Below, piece after piece: positions 40,896-50,281 of a DNA stretch of 54,938 nucleotides. Numbering within the stretch: the stretch's first letter is position 1; each line of letters begins with the position of its first letter. Location of the stretch: positions 1 to 54,938 of IMG/VR virus record IMGVR_UViG_3300031841_003996. One strand, 5' to 3'. Below the pieces are notes generated by a model. That model worked only from the letters and a program-made list of their open reading frames with translations, was not told the DNA's origin and made no database searches. Both the position numbers and the translations under genes were made by a program. Source of the stretch: a virus. Taxonomy: Duplodnaviria > Caudoviricetes.

Positions 40896-41538
40896 AGTCA
40901 TGGCAATCGGAGCACATCCGGATGATATCGAATTTGGATGTGGTGGCACATTAGCTAAACATAAAGAACAAGGCGATTTTGTCGTCTATGTTTGTATGAC
41001 CAATACTGAATCAGTAGATGGCGTTACTAACGAAATTATCAGATCTTCAGAAGAAAATCGATCGGAGGTGTCTGACGCTGCTAAAATATTGAAATGTGAT
41101 GTAGTAGAATTTTTACCATTTACAGATCTCAAAGTTCCGTTTAGCTTCGATTCGGTGAGTAATCTAGAACGTTTAATTAAGAAATATGATATAGATACTA
41201 TCTATACTCATTGGGCTGGAGATGCTAATCAAGATCATATAGCTACATTTAAGACAACTATGGCAGCATCTAGATATGTTCCTAATGTATTTTGTTATGA
41301 ACAAATTCCTATCCCTAGAATGAGCGAAAATCAGATGGATGTAAATTATTATGTCGATATCACAAATACATTTGATTTAAAAATGGCAGCTAGTCTATGC
41401 CATGATAGCCAAATACGTAAATACATACATCATGGATTCGACGTGAAAGAAAATTTACAGATTTTAGCTAAGTTCAGAGGCATTCAAGCAAAATGTAATT
41501 ATGCGGAAGCATTTAAAATAATAAAACAAGTATGGTAA
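40885..41538 (+). CDS. PIG-L/LmbE family N-deacetylase
   Basis: GAHPDDIEFGCGGT, THW.GD.NQDH, H.SQ, AEAF. Confidence 0.88.
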   Translation: MKNKVMAIGAHPDDIEFGCGGTLAKHKEQGDFVVYVCMTNTESVDGVTNEIIRSSEENRSEVSDAAKILKCDVVEFLPFTDLKVPFSFDSVSNLERLIKKYDIDTIYTHWAGDANQDHIATFKTTMAASRYVPNVFCYEQIPIPRMSENQMDVNYYVDITNTFDLKMAASLCHDSQIRKYIHHGFDVKENLQILAKFRGIQAKCNYAEAFKIIKQVW

Positions 41539-42482
41539 TTAGAAATAACGCAGAATTTGGCGTGGAGTTGGCATTAGCTGTTCCATATGCTTTTTGGTTA
41601 CATGAACAGGGACAATTAGAAACTGTTATAACTAGTAAAGGCATGCGTCCATTTTACTATTTCTGCGACGACGTACGAGAAGAATTTAATTATAGAACTA
41701 TTAACAATGCGGCAGCCGGCTTAAATGATTTGCCTAATAATTGGATACATCATAATGCACTCGGCGTATTCGGAAAAGGATATGGCGATTTGACAATAGA
41801 AGAACGAGAACAAGCTAATGGTGTATTAGATTATTCTAAATGGAAATGTCCCCCGTATAAAGAAAAATACAATACAATTCAGTTTGATCGACCTACTGTA
41901 TTTGTAACTAATATATACAACCATCCGAATAAACGAGATAAAAGACATTATCATCATTTTTCAATTGAAGCATTGTATGAAATTTTTAATTCGTTATCTG
42001 AAAAAGGATATGATATCATTTACAAAAGAGATCGTAACCAAAGTAAAGAAATTACATTTGATCAAAATGAAATGCAGCAAGTGGTTAATCATCACGATCT
42101 ATCAGCGTATGTCGAGGGACATGGCGTTATGACTGACATAGAATTAGTATCGCATTATGATAATGTATATTTGTTTGAAGATATGATTAAAAACTCGGAT
42201 GTAGGTTATAATGAAACTCAGATGAGATTGTTAGCCAGCTGCGATAAATATATTTCAGTCTGTGGCGGCAGTGCGATATTATCTAGTTTATTCGGAGGTA
42301 CGACAATTATATATGTCACACAAGGCAAAGAATTGCGTCCAGGATACTTTAAAGAAGATGGTTATTTTCATCAACTATCTAAAGCAGAAATACTTCCGGT
42401 ATTTGATCCAGTTGATGATATAATAAGTAGAGGTCAACATGATATTAGTAAAATTTTATCATTAATAGAAGAGAGATTCTAA
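41532..42482 (+). CDS. Hypothetical protein (possible GT-B/GT9-like)
   Basis: EFG.EL..AVPYA, ISVCGG.AILSS. Confidence 0.6.
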   Translation: MVIRNNAEFGVELALAVPYAFWLHEQGQLETVITSKGMRPFYYFCDDVREEFNYRTINNAAAGLNDLPNNWIHHNALGVFGKGYGDLTIEEREQANGVLDYSKWKCPPYKEKYNTIQFDRPTVFVTNIYNHPNKRDKRHYHHFSIEALYEIFNSLSEKGYDIIYKRDRNQSKEITFDQNEMQQVVNHHDLSAYVEGHGVMTDIELVSHYDNVYLFEDMIKNSDVGYNETQMRLLASCDKYISVCGGSAILSSLFGGTTIIYVTQGKELRPGYFKEDGYFHQLSKAEILPVFDPVDDIISRGQHDISKILSLIEERF

Positions 42483-42484
42483 AC

Positions 42485-43663
42485 ATGAAAATAAGTTTAA
42501 TTCAGCCTTCAAGAAACAACTTGAAGTATCTTAAATGGTCATATGATTCGATACGTAAGAATCAAGGCGAACATACAGTTGAAATCTGTGTAGCCGATGA
42601 TGATAGTAGCGATGGTACATGGGAATGGTGCCAGGAACGGATGAGTGTAGATAAACACTTTAAAGCTATTCGTAATGAAACGGGTAAACGATTAGGACAT
42701 ACAATATTGTATGATCAATTAGTTAATGAAGTTGCTAGTCATGATATTTGTATGATTTATCATGCGGATATGTATTTATGTCCTGGAGCATTAGATTCGA
42801 TTGAAGAACATTTAGATGATAAAACTATTGTGTCATTAACTAGAATTGAGCCGCCATTACATCCGGATGGCCCTGAAAAGGTATTAAAGGACTACGGCGT
42901 CGAGCCAGAAGAGTTTAATGAAGAAGAATTACTTAAATTTATTGCTGAACCTAAATGGGGTCAGGGCGAAACTACTGAGGGTATATTTGCTCCATGGGCA
43001 TTTTGGAAAAAGGATTTTCAAGAGATAGGAGGACATGATCCATTGTATGCCCCGCAATCAAAAGAGGATAGTGATATCTTTAACAGATTTCAGCTCAACG
43101 GCATTACATTCAAACAAACATGGGATGGATATGTATATCATATGACATGTAGAGGTAGTAGACGTAATACTGTCGATAAGGCAAAGAACATATACGAGGA
43201 TAGCCCAGAATGGTTAGCTCAGAATATGAGATCAACTAGGAACTTTATACGTAAGTGGGGACATTTCGTTAAACATGATGAGTACATGAAGCCTGTCATT
43301 CCGCATAAGTATCGTACATTGTTTAGAGTAGATAATTGCACAAATGAATTATTACACGCACTAGAACCGTGGTGTGATAAGATTGCAGTTGATATGAATT
43401 TTGCTGATTATATAACTACAGAACAAATCAATACGTCATATGATTTAGCTAGCAGAGTTACCTTACATAATTATCCAAATAAATTGGGCGGCGTTGAAGT
43501 AAAAATCAATGCACGTAAGTTTACTCAACAAGACTTTCAAATCATACAACAACTATCAGAAATATTAGCTGATAGTGGTGCTGTAGGGCAATTTGCAATT
43601 GGCAATCTATCAATTATAGTACATGATCTTAAGACATATGAAAAGGATTTGATATGCGTATAA
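42485..43663 (+). CDS. GT2 glycosyltransferase
   Basis: KISLIQPSRN, ADDDSSDGT, HADM, IGGHD, EDSD. Confidence 0.85.
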   Translation: MKISLIQPSRNNLKYLKWSYDSIRKNQGEHTVEICVADDDSSDGTWEWCQERMSVDKHFKAIRNETGKRLGHTILYDQLVNEVASHDICMIYHADMYLCPGALDSIEEHLDDKTIVSLTRIEPPLHPDGPEKVLKDYGVEPEEFNEEELLKFIAEPKWGQGETTEGIFAPWAFWKKDFQEIGGHDPLYAPQSKEDSDIFNRFQLNGITFKQTWDGYVYHMTCRGSRRNTVDKAKNIYEDSPEWLAQNMRSTRNFIRKWGHFVKHDEYMKPVIPHKYRTLFRVDNCTNELLHALEPWCDKIAVDMNFADYITTEQINTSYDLASRVTLHNYPNKLGGVEVKINARKFTQQDFQIIQQLSEILADSGAVGQFAIGNLSIIVHDLKTYEKDLICV

Positions 43664-44508
43664 TGGTAACGGGAGGTGCTGGATTTATAGGTACTAACTT
43701 AATTAAACGATTGCTTGCTGAAGGACATGAAGTATCGTCAATAGATAATTACAGTACTAGTACCAAAGATAATCATGTAGATGGCTGTACGTATTATGAA
43801 TATGATGCTAAGAAAATTAAATGGTTTGGTAGTGAATATGATTTAGTTTATCATTTAGCTGGCTTATCAAGAATACAGCCATCATTCGATAATCCTACAG
43901 AGACGTTTAGAGTTAATACAAAAGGATGTTTAAAAATAGCAGAATGGGCTCGTAAGACAAATACTAAAGTAGTTTATGCAGGGTCGTCATCTAGATGGCA
44001 TGATCCATATCAATCGCCATACGCATGTTTCAAACATATGGGTGAAGAGATATTTAAACTCTATAAGAAAGCATACGGGTTAAACGTAGAAATTGCTAGA
44101 TTTTATAATGTGTATGGGCCATATGAAATACTAGAAGGTGATTGGGCTGCTGTAATAGGTATTTGGAGACGACAGATACGTGATGGCGAGCCTATTACGA
44201 TTGTAGGCGACGGGGAACAACGCAGAGATTTTACCCATGTAGATGATATAGTCGATGGACTATACAAAATAGGAATGAGTAATAAGGTACATGATGATGC
44301 ATGGGAACTCGGCACGGGAAAAAATTATAGTATAAATGAAGTTGCAGAGATGTTCGAAGCAGTAGTACCAAATCTTAAAAAGAAATATATTGACGATCAA
44401 AAAGGTAATTATAGAGAGACAATACGAGAATCTGATAGTGCATTGGATCGTTTGGAATGGCAACCATCAGATAAATTAAATGAATATATCAAGGAGTTAT
44501 ATGTATAA
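43654..44508 (+). CDS. NAD-dependent epimerase (GalE/WcaG-like)
   Basis: VTGGAGFIG, HLAG, AGSSS, SPYACFK, RFYNVYGP, GDGEQRRDFTHV. Confidence 0.9.
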   Translation: MRIMVTGGAGFIGTNLIKRLLAEGHEVSSIDNYSTSTKDNHVDGCTYYEYDAKKIKWFGSEYDLVYHLAGLSRIQPSFDNPTETFRVNTKGCLKIAEWARKTNTKVVYAGSSSRWHDPYQSPYACFKHMGEEIFKLYKKAYGLNVEIARFYNVYGPYEILEGDWAAVIGIWRRQIRDGEPITIVGDGEQRRDFTHVDDIVDGLYKIGMSNKVHDDAWELGTGKNYSINEVAEMFEAVVPNLKKKYIDDQKGNYRETIRESDSALDRLEWQPSDKLNEYIKELYV

Positions 44509-45316
44509 GGTAGGAATTATTGGAAATGGATTTGTAGGAGAATCCCAAGCATTTGCTTTCAGTCCGACAGCAGAAGTGCGAGTGTATGATATTGATCCAC
44601 TCAAAGCTACACATACATTATCAGAAGTATGTGAATGTGATTTTGTTTTTGTTTGTGTGCCGACACCTATGAAGTCAGATGGTTCGCAGGATATAACATA
44701 TGTCGAAAATGTATTTAGTAGTGTAACAAAAGGACCTGTATACATTATTAAGTCAACAGTGTTACCCGGAACTACGCAAAAGTTACAACAGCAATTTTCT
44801 AAGTTAGATATCATATTTTCGCCAGAATTCTTAACAGAACGTACAGCTAAGTTAGATATGTTGACTCAGGCTAGAATAGTATTCGGCGGCAAGAAAAGAT
44901 TATGTAACAAAGTAAAGAAGTTATTTGCAGAACGATTCATGAATCGTCATTTCATTATCACAGATTCTACGACAGCAGAACTTATCAAATATATGAACAA
45001 TACATTCTTTGCTACTAAGGTTAGCATTATGAATGAGTTCAAACGTTTATCAGATGCATTGGGAACTAACTGGGAGGATGCCTTATATGGGTTTACATCT
45101 GATAGTAGGATAGGTGATAGTCATTTACATGTACCAGGTCCTGATGGTAAGTTGGGATATGGCGGAACATGTTTTCCGAAAGATGTTAATGCAATCATTA
45201 CAATGGGCAAGGAGTTAGGAGTTCCTATGCATTCAATCGAAGGAGGCTGGCAAACTAATTTAGAAGTTAGACCAGAACAAGATTGGAAAAAGATGAAGGG
45301 ACGTGCAGTTAGTTAA
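44501..45316 (+). CDS. ugd: UDP-glucose/GDP-mannose 6-dehydrogenase (short form)
   Basis: GIIGNGFVG, VCVPTP, IKSTV.PG, SPEFL, AELIKY..N.F.A.KVS..NE, GYGGTCFPKD. Confidence 0.88.
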   Translation: MYKVGIIGNGFVGESQAFAFSPTAEVRVYDIDPLKATHTLSEVCECDFVFVCVPTPMKSDGSQDITYVENVFSSVTKGPVYIIKSTVLPGTTQKLQQQFSKLDIIFSPEFLTERTAKLDMLTQARIVFGGKKRLCNKVKKLFAERFMNRHFIITDSTTAELIKYMNNTFFATKVSIMNEFKRLSDALGTNWEDALYGFTSDSRIGDSHLHVPGPDGKLGYGGTCFPKDVNAIITMGKELGVPMHSIEGGWQTNLEVRPEQDWKKMKGRAVS

Positions 45317-45328
45317 TATTTATACAAA

Positions 45329-45580
45329 ATGCGTTACTATATAATGTATCCAGAATCATCTCAGGATGATCTGATAAGAGAAGATCACCAATTAGGTGAA
45401 GATAATGGTTTTGGAGTCTTTTGGGCATCGAAAGGATTTAGTATACTCGAGAGGGCCGTTAATGAAGGACATGATATCTTAAATCATATATCTATATACA
45501 ATGATCAGGGAAAGTCTATAACAGTCGAATCATTCCTTGATAACATAGCTAAACTAAAAGTTAGGATCAATAATGGGTAA
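45329..45580 (+). CDS. Hypothetical protein
   Basis: 83 aa, 4 nt after AATATTTATA. Confidence 0.65.
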   Translation: MRYYIMYPESSQDDLIREDHQLGEDNGFGVFWASKGFSILERAVNEGHDILNHISIYNDQGKSITVESFLDNIAKLKVRINNG

Positions 45581-45710
45581 GTACTCAAACTTTGATGAAT
45601 TCGATCGCGCCGGCAAGCAGAAGTTTAAAAAGCGCCGTAAGATGGAAGAGGATGATGAATTTAGTCCTAAGAAACGTAAACCAAAGTTCAATAGAACTAA
45701 GCGTCGTTAA
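45573..45710 (+). CDS. Small basic protein (45 aa; not in the ORF track)
   Basis: MGKYSNFDEFDRAGKQKFKKRRKMEEDDEFSPKKRKPKFNRTKRR*. Confidence 0.55.
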   Translation: MGKYSNFDEFDRAGKQKFKKRRKMEEDDEFSPKKRKPKFNRTKRR

Positions 45711-45739
45711 TCAAATATTTATTTTAAACGGAGAATACA

Positions 45740-46354
45740 ATGCAACGATTGTGTCCAAGTATGGAGCAGGTAGAGGCTGCTGTTAAAGCCAAAGGTTATA
45801 AGTGGTTCGAGAATGGCGACTATAATCTTAACATAGTAGGCATACGAAATAAGAATACATCTGATGAGGTAACTAACAAATTCGATGATTGTATGACTGT
45901 TACTTATAAGAAAGATGGTATGTGGAATATGAGCTGTTTCAGATGTACTACCGATCCTGGAAAGCATTGGGTTGAAAACATTATGAAAGAATCCGGCGTT
46001 GCTATTCTTAAAGAGGGACAGTATAGAGGATCACATAAGATTGGATTGCATCAAGGTAAGTATGAAGCTCTTCGACAGGTAAAGCCTGTACAGGTATACA
46101 GAGATAATAATTTAGATGATTGTTATGATATGTTAGAGGAGAACTTGGATAAGGGCATCTTCGGTATCAACATTCATAGAGCTACTAAATATGCAGGACG
46201 TGCTAGTACTCAAATTGATAAGTGGAGTGCAGGCTGTCAGGTAATAGCTGCTAACGATGATTGGCATGAGTTCATGGACATATGCCATCGTGCTAAAGAT
46301 ATCTGGGGCAATTCATTTACATACACATTGATCAATTCAGACGACATAGTATAA
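45740..46354 (+). CDS. Putative peptidoglycan-active enzyme/lysin with a YkuD (L,D-transpeptidase)-like catalytic motif
   Basis: GINIH...WSAGCQV (H...SxGC), TTDPG; late-type motif at 45714. Confidence 0.6.
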   Translation: MQRLCPSMEQVEAAVKAKGYKWFENGDYNLNIVGIRNKNTSDEVTNKFDDCMTVTYKKDGMWNMSCFRCTTDPGKHWVENIMKESGVAILKEGQYRGSHKIGLHQGKYEALRQVKPVQVYRDNNLDDCYDMLEENLDKGIFGINIHRATKYAGRASTQIDKWSAGCQVIAANDDWHEFMDICHRAKDIWGNSFTYTLINSDDIV

Positions 46355-46371
46355 AAAAAGCTTCATGATCA

Positions 46372-46403
46372 TTTGTTTTATTGAATGATTATTCTTATCT
46401 TTA
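46372..46403 (+). promoter_or_regulatory. Promoter TTTG-N20-TATCTTTA
   Basis: Motif family member; supports the start at 46411. Confidence 0.6.
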
Positions 46404-46410
46404 CTATGTA

Positions 46411-46707
46411 ATGATTGAGTTCCGTTCAAATAACCTAGAAGACCTGGAGATGGAATGTCTCCGGAAGGCTCATAAGATTGCAAAATATCTTGTTGAGACT
46501 GTATGTGATGCATTAGATAACAACGTTGATCAAGTTCCATTCGGTACGTTTGAGACTAGTGAAGGTGAGCAAGTTATTCTAAATATTGAAGAGTCGACCT
46601 TCCTGCGTACGTTGGAAGCTAATATCGAACGTGTAGAAGAGGCAGAGGAGTATGAGTTATGTGCTCGTGCTGCCCAATGGATTGAAACTTTAAAAACCAA
46701 CCAATAA
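46411..46707 (+). CDS. Hypothetical protein with C-terminal UVR-like motif
   Basis: EEAEEYELCARA. Confidence 0.6.
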   Translation: MIEFRSNNLEDLEMECLRKAHKIAKYLVETVCDALDNNVDQVPFGTFETSEGEQVILNIEESTFLRTLEANIERVEEAEEYELCARAAQWIETLKTNQ

Positions 46708-47249
46708 TGCGTATTTTGTTTTTGCATGGCCTGGAAAGTAAGGTGGGCTGCGAAAAGGTAGAATGGCTGCGTGAGCAAGGTCATGTTGTATTAAATCCTG
46801 AAATGAAGTATAGGGACAAGGATTGTTTTGAAATGACATTACGCCTTGCAGAAATGTTTAAGCCTGAAGTCATTGTAGGATCTAGTATGGGAGGTCATTT
46901 TGCCTGGCTGATGGGTAAGTTAATGACAGTGCCTGTATGCCTATTGAATCCAGCTCTTTGGAAAAGATCATTCGATCCGCATATTCCAATCAATGATTAT
47001 ACTAAAGCTTTGAAAATTGCTAGAGAGGCTGGTGGTAGTAAAGTGTTTATGATGTTAGGTTATAATGACGACATTGTTAATGCACATGATACGTTTCAGA
47101 ATATGTTTAAGTGGGACCCGTATGATTACAATCCTAATAATGTTTATTGGCACGGCCGCGGCCACCGTACTCCAGTAGATGTTTTTGCTCGTTGGTTCGG
47201 TCGGATTGAAGAAGGTGTAATTCAAAATCAAAAGTTGGAGATGGTATGA
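46707..47249 (+). CDS. YqiA/YcfP-like alpha/beta hydrolase
   Basis: FLHGLES, VGSSMGG (GxSxG), LLNPAL, D..V, GH. Confidence 0.85.
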   Translation: MRILFLHGLESKVGCEKVEWLREQGHVVLNPEMKYRDKDCFEMTLRLAEMFKPEVIVGSSMGGHFAWLMGKLMTVPVCLLNPALWKRSFDPHIPINDYTKALKIAREAGGSKVFMMLGYNDDIVNAHDTFQNMFKWDPYDYNPNNVYWHGRGHRTPVDVFARWFGRIEEGVIQNQKLEMV

Positions 47250-47590
47250 GAGATTTGATTAACGGCATGTTGCTATTTTTAGCAGGACAGATATTGATTT
47301 GGTATCAAACCAATCTTCAGTTCATGAATGACTGGTTCAAAGATCACCCATTATTTACTGCTAGTATCTTTAGTATTCCTATCTCATATATGTTTATCAA
47401 GGCTACAGCATTTGTAGTAAGTTATTTCGATGGACTATTATGGCCAGGACGATTCATTGGGTTCTCCATGGGAATGCTTTGTTTCGCCCTTTTATCCTAC
47501 GTGCACATGGGCGAAGGCATCTCCGCAAAGACAGCGATTAGCCTAGTATTAGCATTGACACTTGTATGTGTTCAAGTCTTTTGGAAGTAA
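47246..47590 (+). CDS. Small four-helix membrane protein (DMT/EamA-like)
   Basis: Four hydrophobic segments; ends GEGISAKTAISLVLA. Confidence 0.65.
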   Translation: MRDLINGMLLFLAGQILIWYQTNLQFMNDWFKDHPLFTASIFSIPISYMFIKATAFVVSYFDGLLWPGRFIGFSMGMLCFALLSYVHMGEGISAKTAISLVLALTLVCVQVFWK

Positions 47591-47632
47591 CCCGTTTGTA
47601 TATTTATAAGAAATGAATTTGGAGATGTTGCA

Positions 47633-48451
47633 ATGTTAAAAATGCGACCATTACTTAATGAGGATGCAGAGGCCGATAAATTAGATCCGTCTCGTTTTCC
47701 TAAAAAATTATCACAAGTAGATCCGAAATTAGCTAAGCAATTGTCAGGCGGCGGAACTGCAGACGGCGAAGTTCCTGACGACCAAATCAAAGTAAAGCCA
47801 ATTACAGTTCCGGCATCTAAGCTTAAGCCTTCACAGTCTAGCATGAATATTCAAAAAGCAATGGGGATGGCAATTGGAATGATTCTTAAAGGAAAGGCCG
47901 GCGGAGATTTGGATACGTTCATTTCTAATGATATGCATATCATGGACGGCCACCATCGATGGGTTGCATCTGCAATGGTCGATCCTAATGCGAAGATTGG
48001 TGGGTATGCAGTTAACTTTCCAGGATCGGAATTGATTGCTGTACTAAATGCATTGACTGCCGGACAGTTTGGTATAACAAAGGGAAAGGAAGCCTCGGGC
48101 GGATTTGATCAATTTAAAGAAGGTCCGATACGAGCTCAATTAGAAAAATACTTAGCATCGGGTAATGACTATAACAAGCCAGAAGAATTTCAACAAGCAA
48201 TAGAAACATTTACTGGACTTACCGGAGAGGAGGCAAAGGAGGCAGCAATTAAGAAATTTGTAAAAAATCTTAGCGTTCTTAGTTTTGAACTTCCGCCTGA
48301 AGCTCCAGCTCGTCCGGACATGCCTGTTATTGATGGTGATAATGTAACAAAGGCTATCGATGCACTGAAGAAAGGTAAGATTGATGTCAATCCTCCATAT
48401 GCAAATGAATCACTTAAAGAACATTTCCAGAAAATAGCACGGATTAAGTAA
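47633..48451 (+). CDS. ParB/Srx-like domain protein
   Basis: LKPSQ...ISND.HIMDGHHRW; late-type motif at 47599. Confidence 0.72.
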   Translation: MLKMRPLLNEDAEADKLDPSRFPKKLSQVDPKLAKQLSGGGTADGEVPDDQIKVKPITVPASKLKPSQSSMNIQKAMGMAIGMILKGKAGGDLDTFISNDMHIMDGHHRWVASAMVDPNAKIGGYAVNFPGSELIAVLNALTAGQFGITKGKEASGGFDQFKEGPIRAQLEKYLASGNDYNKPEEFQQAIETFTGLTGEEAKEAAIKKFVKNLSVLSFELPPEAPARPDMPVIDGDNVTKAIDALKKGKIDVNPPYANESLKEHFQKIARIK

Positions 48452-49239
48452 TGGCAGATAAAGTAGAGTATTTCGATAATGTTACAATTGGCCAGTTTGT
48501 TTTAACTGGCATTCCTACTAAAGTATACGTAGGAGGTAGATTCTTAACTATTACAGATCCGGATGATATCGAAGATACAAGATTTGGATATGGCATGGAT
48601 GAGGATGGTGAGATGCAATCGTTCGATTATAGACTTGTACAGCAATTGTTAGTAGGAGGCGAGACTGTAACATTGGATACATTCAATAAAGCATCGGAGG
48701 AAGAGGATGGCGAAGGTTCTGAAAAGGATAAAGAGCCTGAAGAGAAAGAAGATAAGAAAGATGATGAAGGTGGAGAGGATGAGAAAGAGGATGAAGGCGG
48801 AGGCAATCCATTCGAATCAATTCGTTTAACTCAGATGGCTCCGTTCAAAGTTAGAATGCAAGAGGCGACAAAGGATGAGATAGATGCTGAGATTGAAGGC
48901 GCTGAAGCATCAATGGATGCAGCAAAGGCAAAGACAAAGGCAGCTCAGGCCGCGGAAAAAGATGTTATCAAGAAGGCGAAGGAAAAGATAAAGGCAGCAA
49001 AGGCTCAACCTATTGATGAAGGCCATGGCGGATATACATTCGGTACCGGCGACATTGTTCGTAATAAAAACAAGAACTGCCGGCATTACGGATCTGTAGG
49101 CGTCATAGTAGGCTTATCAGATCTAATGGATGATTTGGGCCAAGTAGCCACATACAAAGTAATGAACAACGGTCCTACTTATAAGCAAGGCGATGTTCTT
49201 TCAAAGACATTAGATCAATTGGAACAATACAATGGCTGA
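48451..49239 (+). CDS. Hypothetical protein with acidic linker and coiled coil
   Basis: E/D/K-rich stretch; C-terminal KOW-like FGTGDIVRN. Confidence 0.65.
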   Translation: MADKVEYFDNVTIGQFVLTGIPTKVYVGGRFLTITDPDDIEDTRFGYGMDEDGEMQSFDYRLVQQLLVGGETVTLDTFNKASEEEDGEGSEKDKEPEEKEDKKDDEGGEDEKEDEGGGNPFESIRLTQMAPFKVRMQEATKDEIDAEIEGAEASMDAAKAKTKAAQAAEKDVIKKAKEKIKAAKAQPIDEGHGGYTFGTGDIVRNKNKNCRHYGSVGVIVGLSDLMDDLGQVATYKVMNNGPTYKQGDVLSKTLDQLEQYNG

Positions 49240-49630
49240 GTTTAACATACACGATTGGCAAGGCAAGATGCGCCGTCAAATGAATGAAGTATCATACAAA
49301 GACTTTAGAGGTGATACATTTTCTATCAAGGCAATTAGCTTTACATACATGGAGCAAGGCGGCCGTTTTTATGGAGCATATCTGTTTGATGTGCCTAAAA
49401 CGGCAAATGTAGGACATAGAGCTAAGTTGGGATATAAGGATGCAGCTGCATTGCTAAGTAGGATGGGCATTCAAGGTAAGTTGCCTGGCTTCTATGAGGA
49501 TTGGGCAGAGGATGGTAAGTATGATCAATCCGGAGCAGCAAAGGCAGGTTTTGTTGAAACAGGCATTATACAACAATTGGAAGATAAAGGTATCGTCGTT
49601 GATGTTAACGACTTGATGGATGTTTCATAA
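49232..49630 (+). CDS. Hypothetical protein
   Basis: 132 aa, coupled to its neighbours. Confidence 0.6.
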   Translation: MAEFNIHDWQGKMRRQMNEVSYKDFRGDTFSIKAISFTYMEQGGRFYGAYLFDVPKTANVGHRAKLGYKDAAALLSRMGIQGKLPGFYEDWAEDGKYDQSGAAKAGFVETGIIQQLEDKGIVVDVNDLMDVS

Positions 49631-50247
49631 TGAAGTTGACCCAAATCTTAAATGAGATAGGCGAGGCCAGTTCCAAGCCATTCAAATGGAGGAGAGGATC
49701 TAGTTTATCTCCAAAGGATATGGTTGAGTTGCCTGTCAAACCGGACAAAGAGACATACTACGACTACTTTTATACCTTCGATGCAAATGGCGTCCCGTAT
49801 AGAATACAATTCAATGGTAGGGTCGAACGAAAACTAACGTTAGAATTGCCTGGCATGAAGCCAAAAACGGATAGAGACAAGTATGAAGTTCGATTGAACG
49901 TAGATTTCAATACAGAATCTGGATATGATACTAAAACAACGCCCGATACAAACAAAGGTGATCAGTTTCGTGTATTAGCTACGGTAGTAGATACTATAGT
50001 AGACTTTGTTAAGGACTTTAATAAAGATGGGCCATCCGGTATAGTAGTTGATGAGTTCTATATAGCTCCTAAGGCAGATGATGAGGATGTTAGCAAGATG
50101 GATTCTAGAAGAGCTAGATTCTATCAGGCATATATCAAAAGACAACTAAACAAAATAAACATGTACGGAATTAGATATAGGGCTAGTACTAAATCATACA
50201 AAGGTTCCGAATACATTCAATTAGATACATCAACACCGGTCAATTGA
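49630..50247 (+). CDS. Hypothetical protein
   Basis: 205 aa; starts MKLTQILNEIG. Confidence 0.65.
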   Translation: MKLTQILNEIGEASSKPFKWRRGSSLSPKDMVELPVKPDKETYYDYFYTFDANGVPYRIQFNGRVERKLTLELPGMKPKTDRDKYEVRLNVDFNTESGYDTKTTPDTNKGDQFRVLATVVDTIVDFVKDFNKDGPSGIVVDEFYIAPKADDEDVSKMDSRRARFYQAYIKRQLNKINMYGIRYRASTKSYKGSEYIQLDTSTPVN

Positions 50248-50281
50248 TTCCGGTTTAATATTTATATAAAAGGTTAATAAA

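Noticed and set aside
20859-45316. Bacterial O-antigen/capsule locus (cellular contamination)
   Set aside because: No wzx/wzy/wzz or export genes, it carries the same promoter motifs as the phage flanks, and it is contiguous with T4-like replication genes
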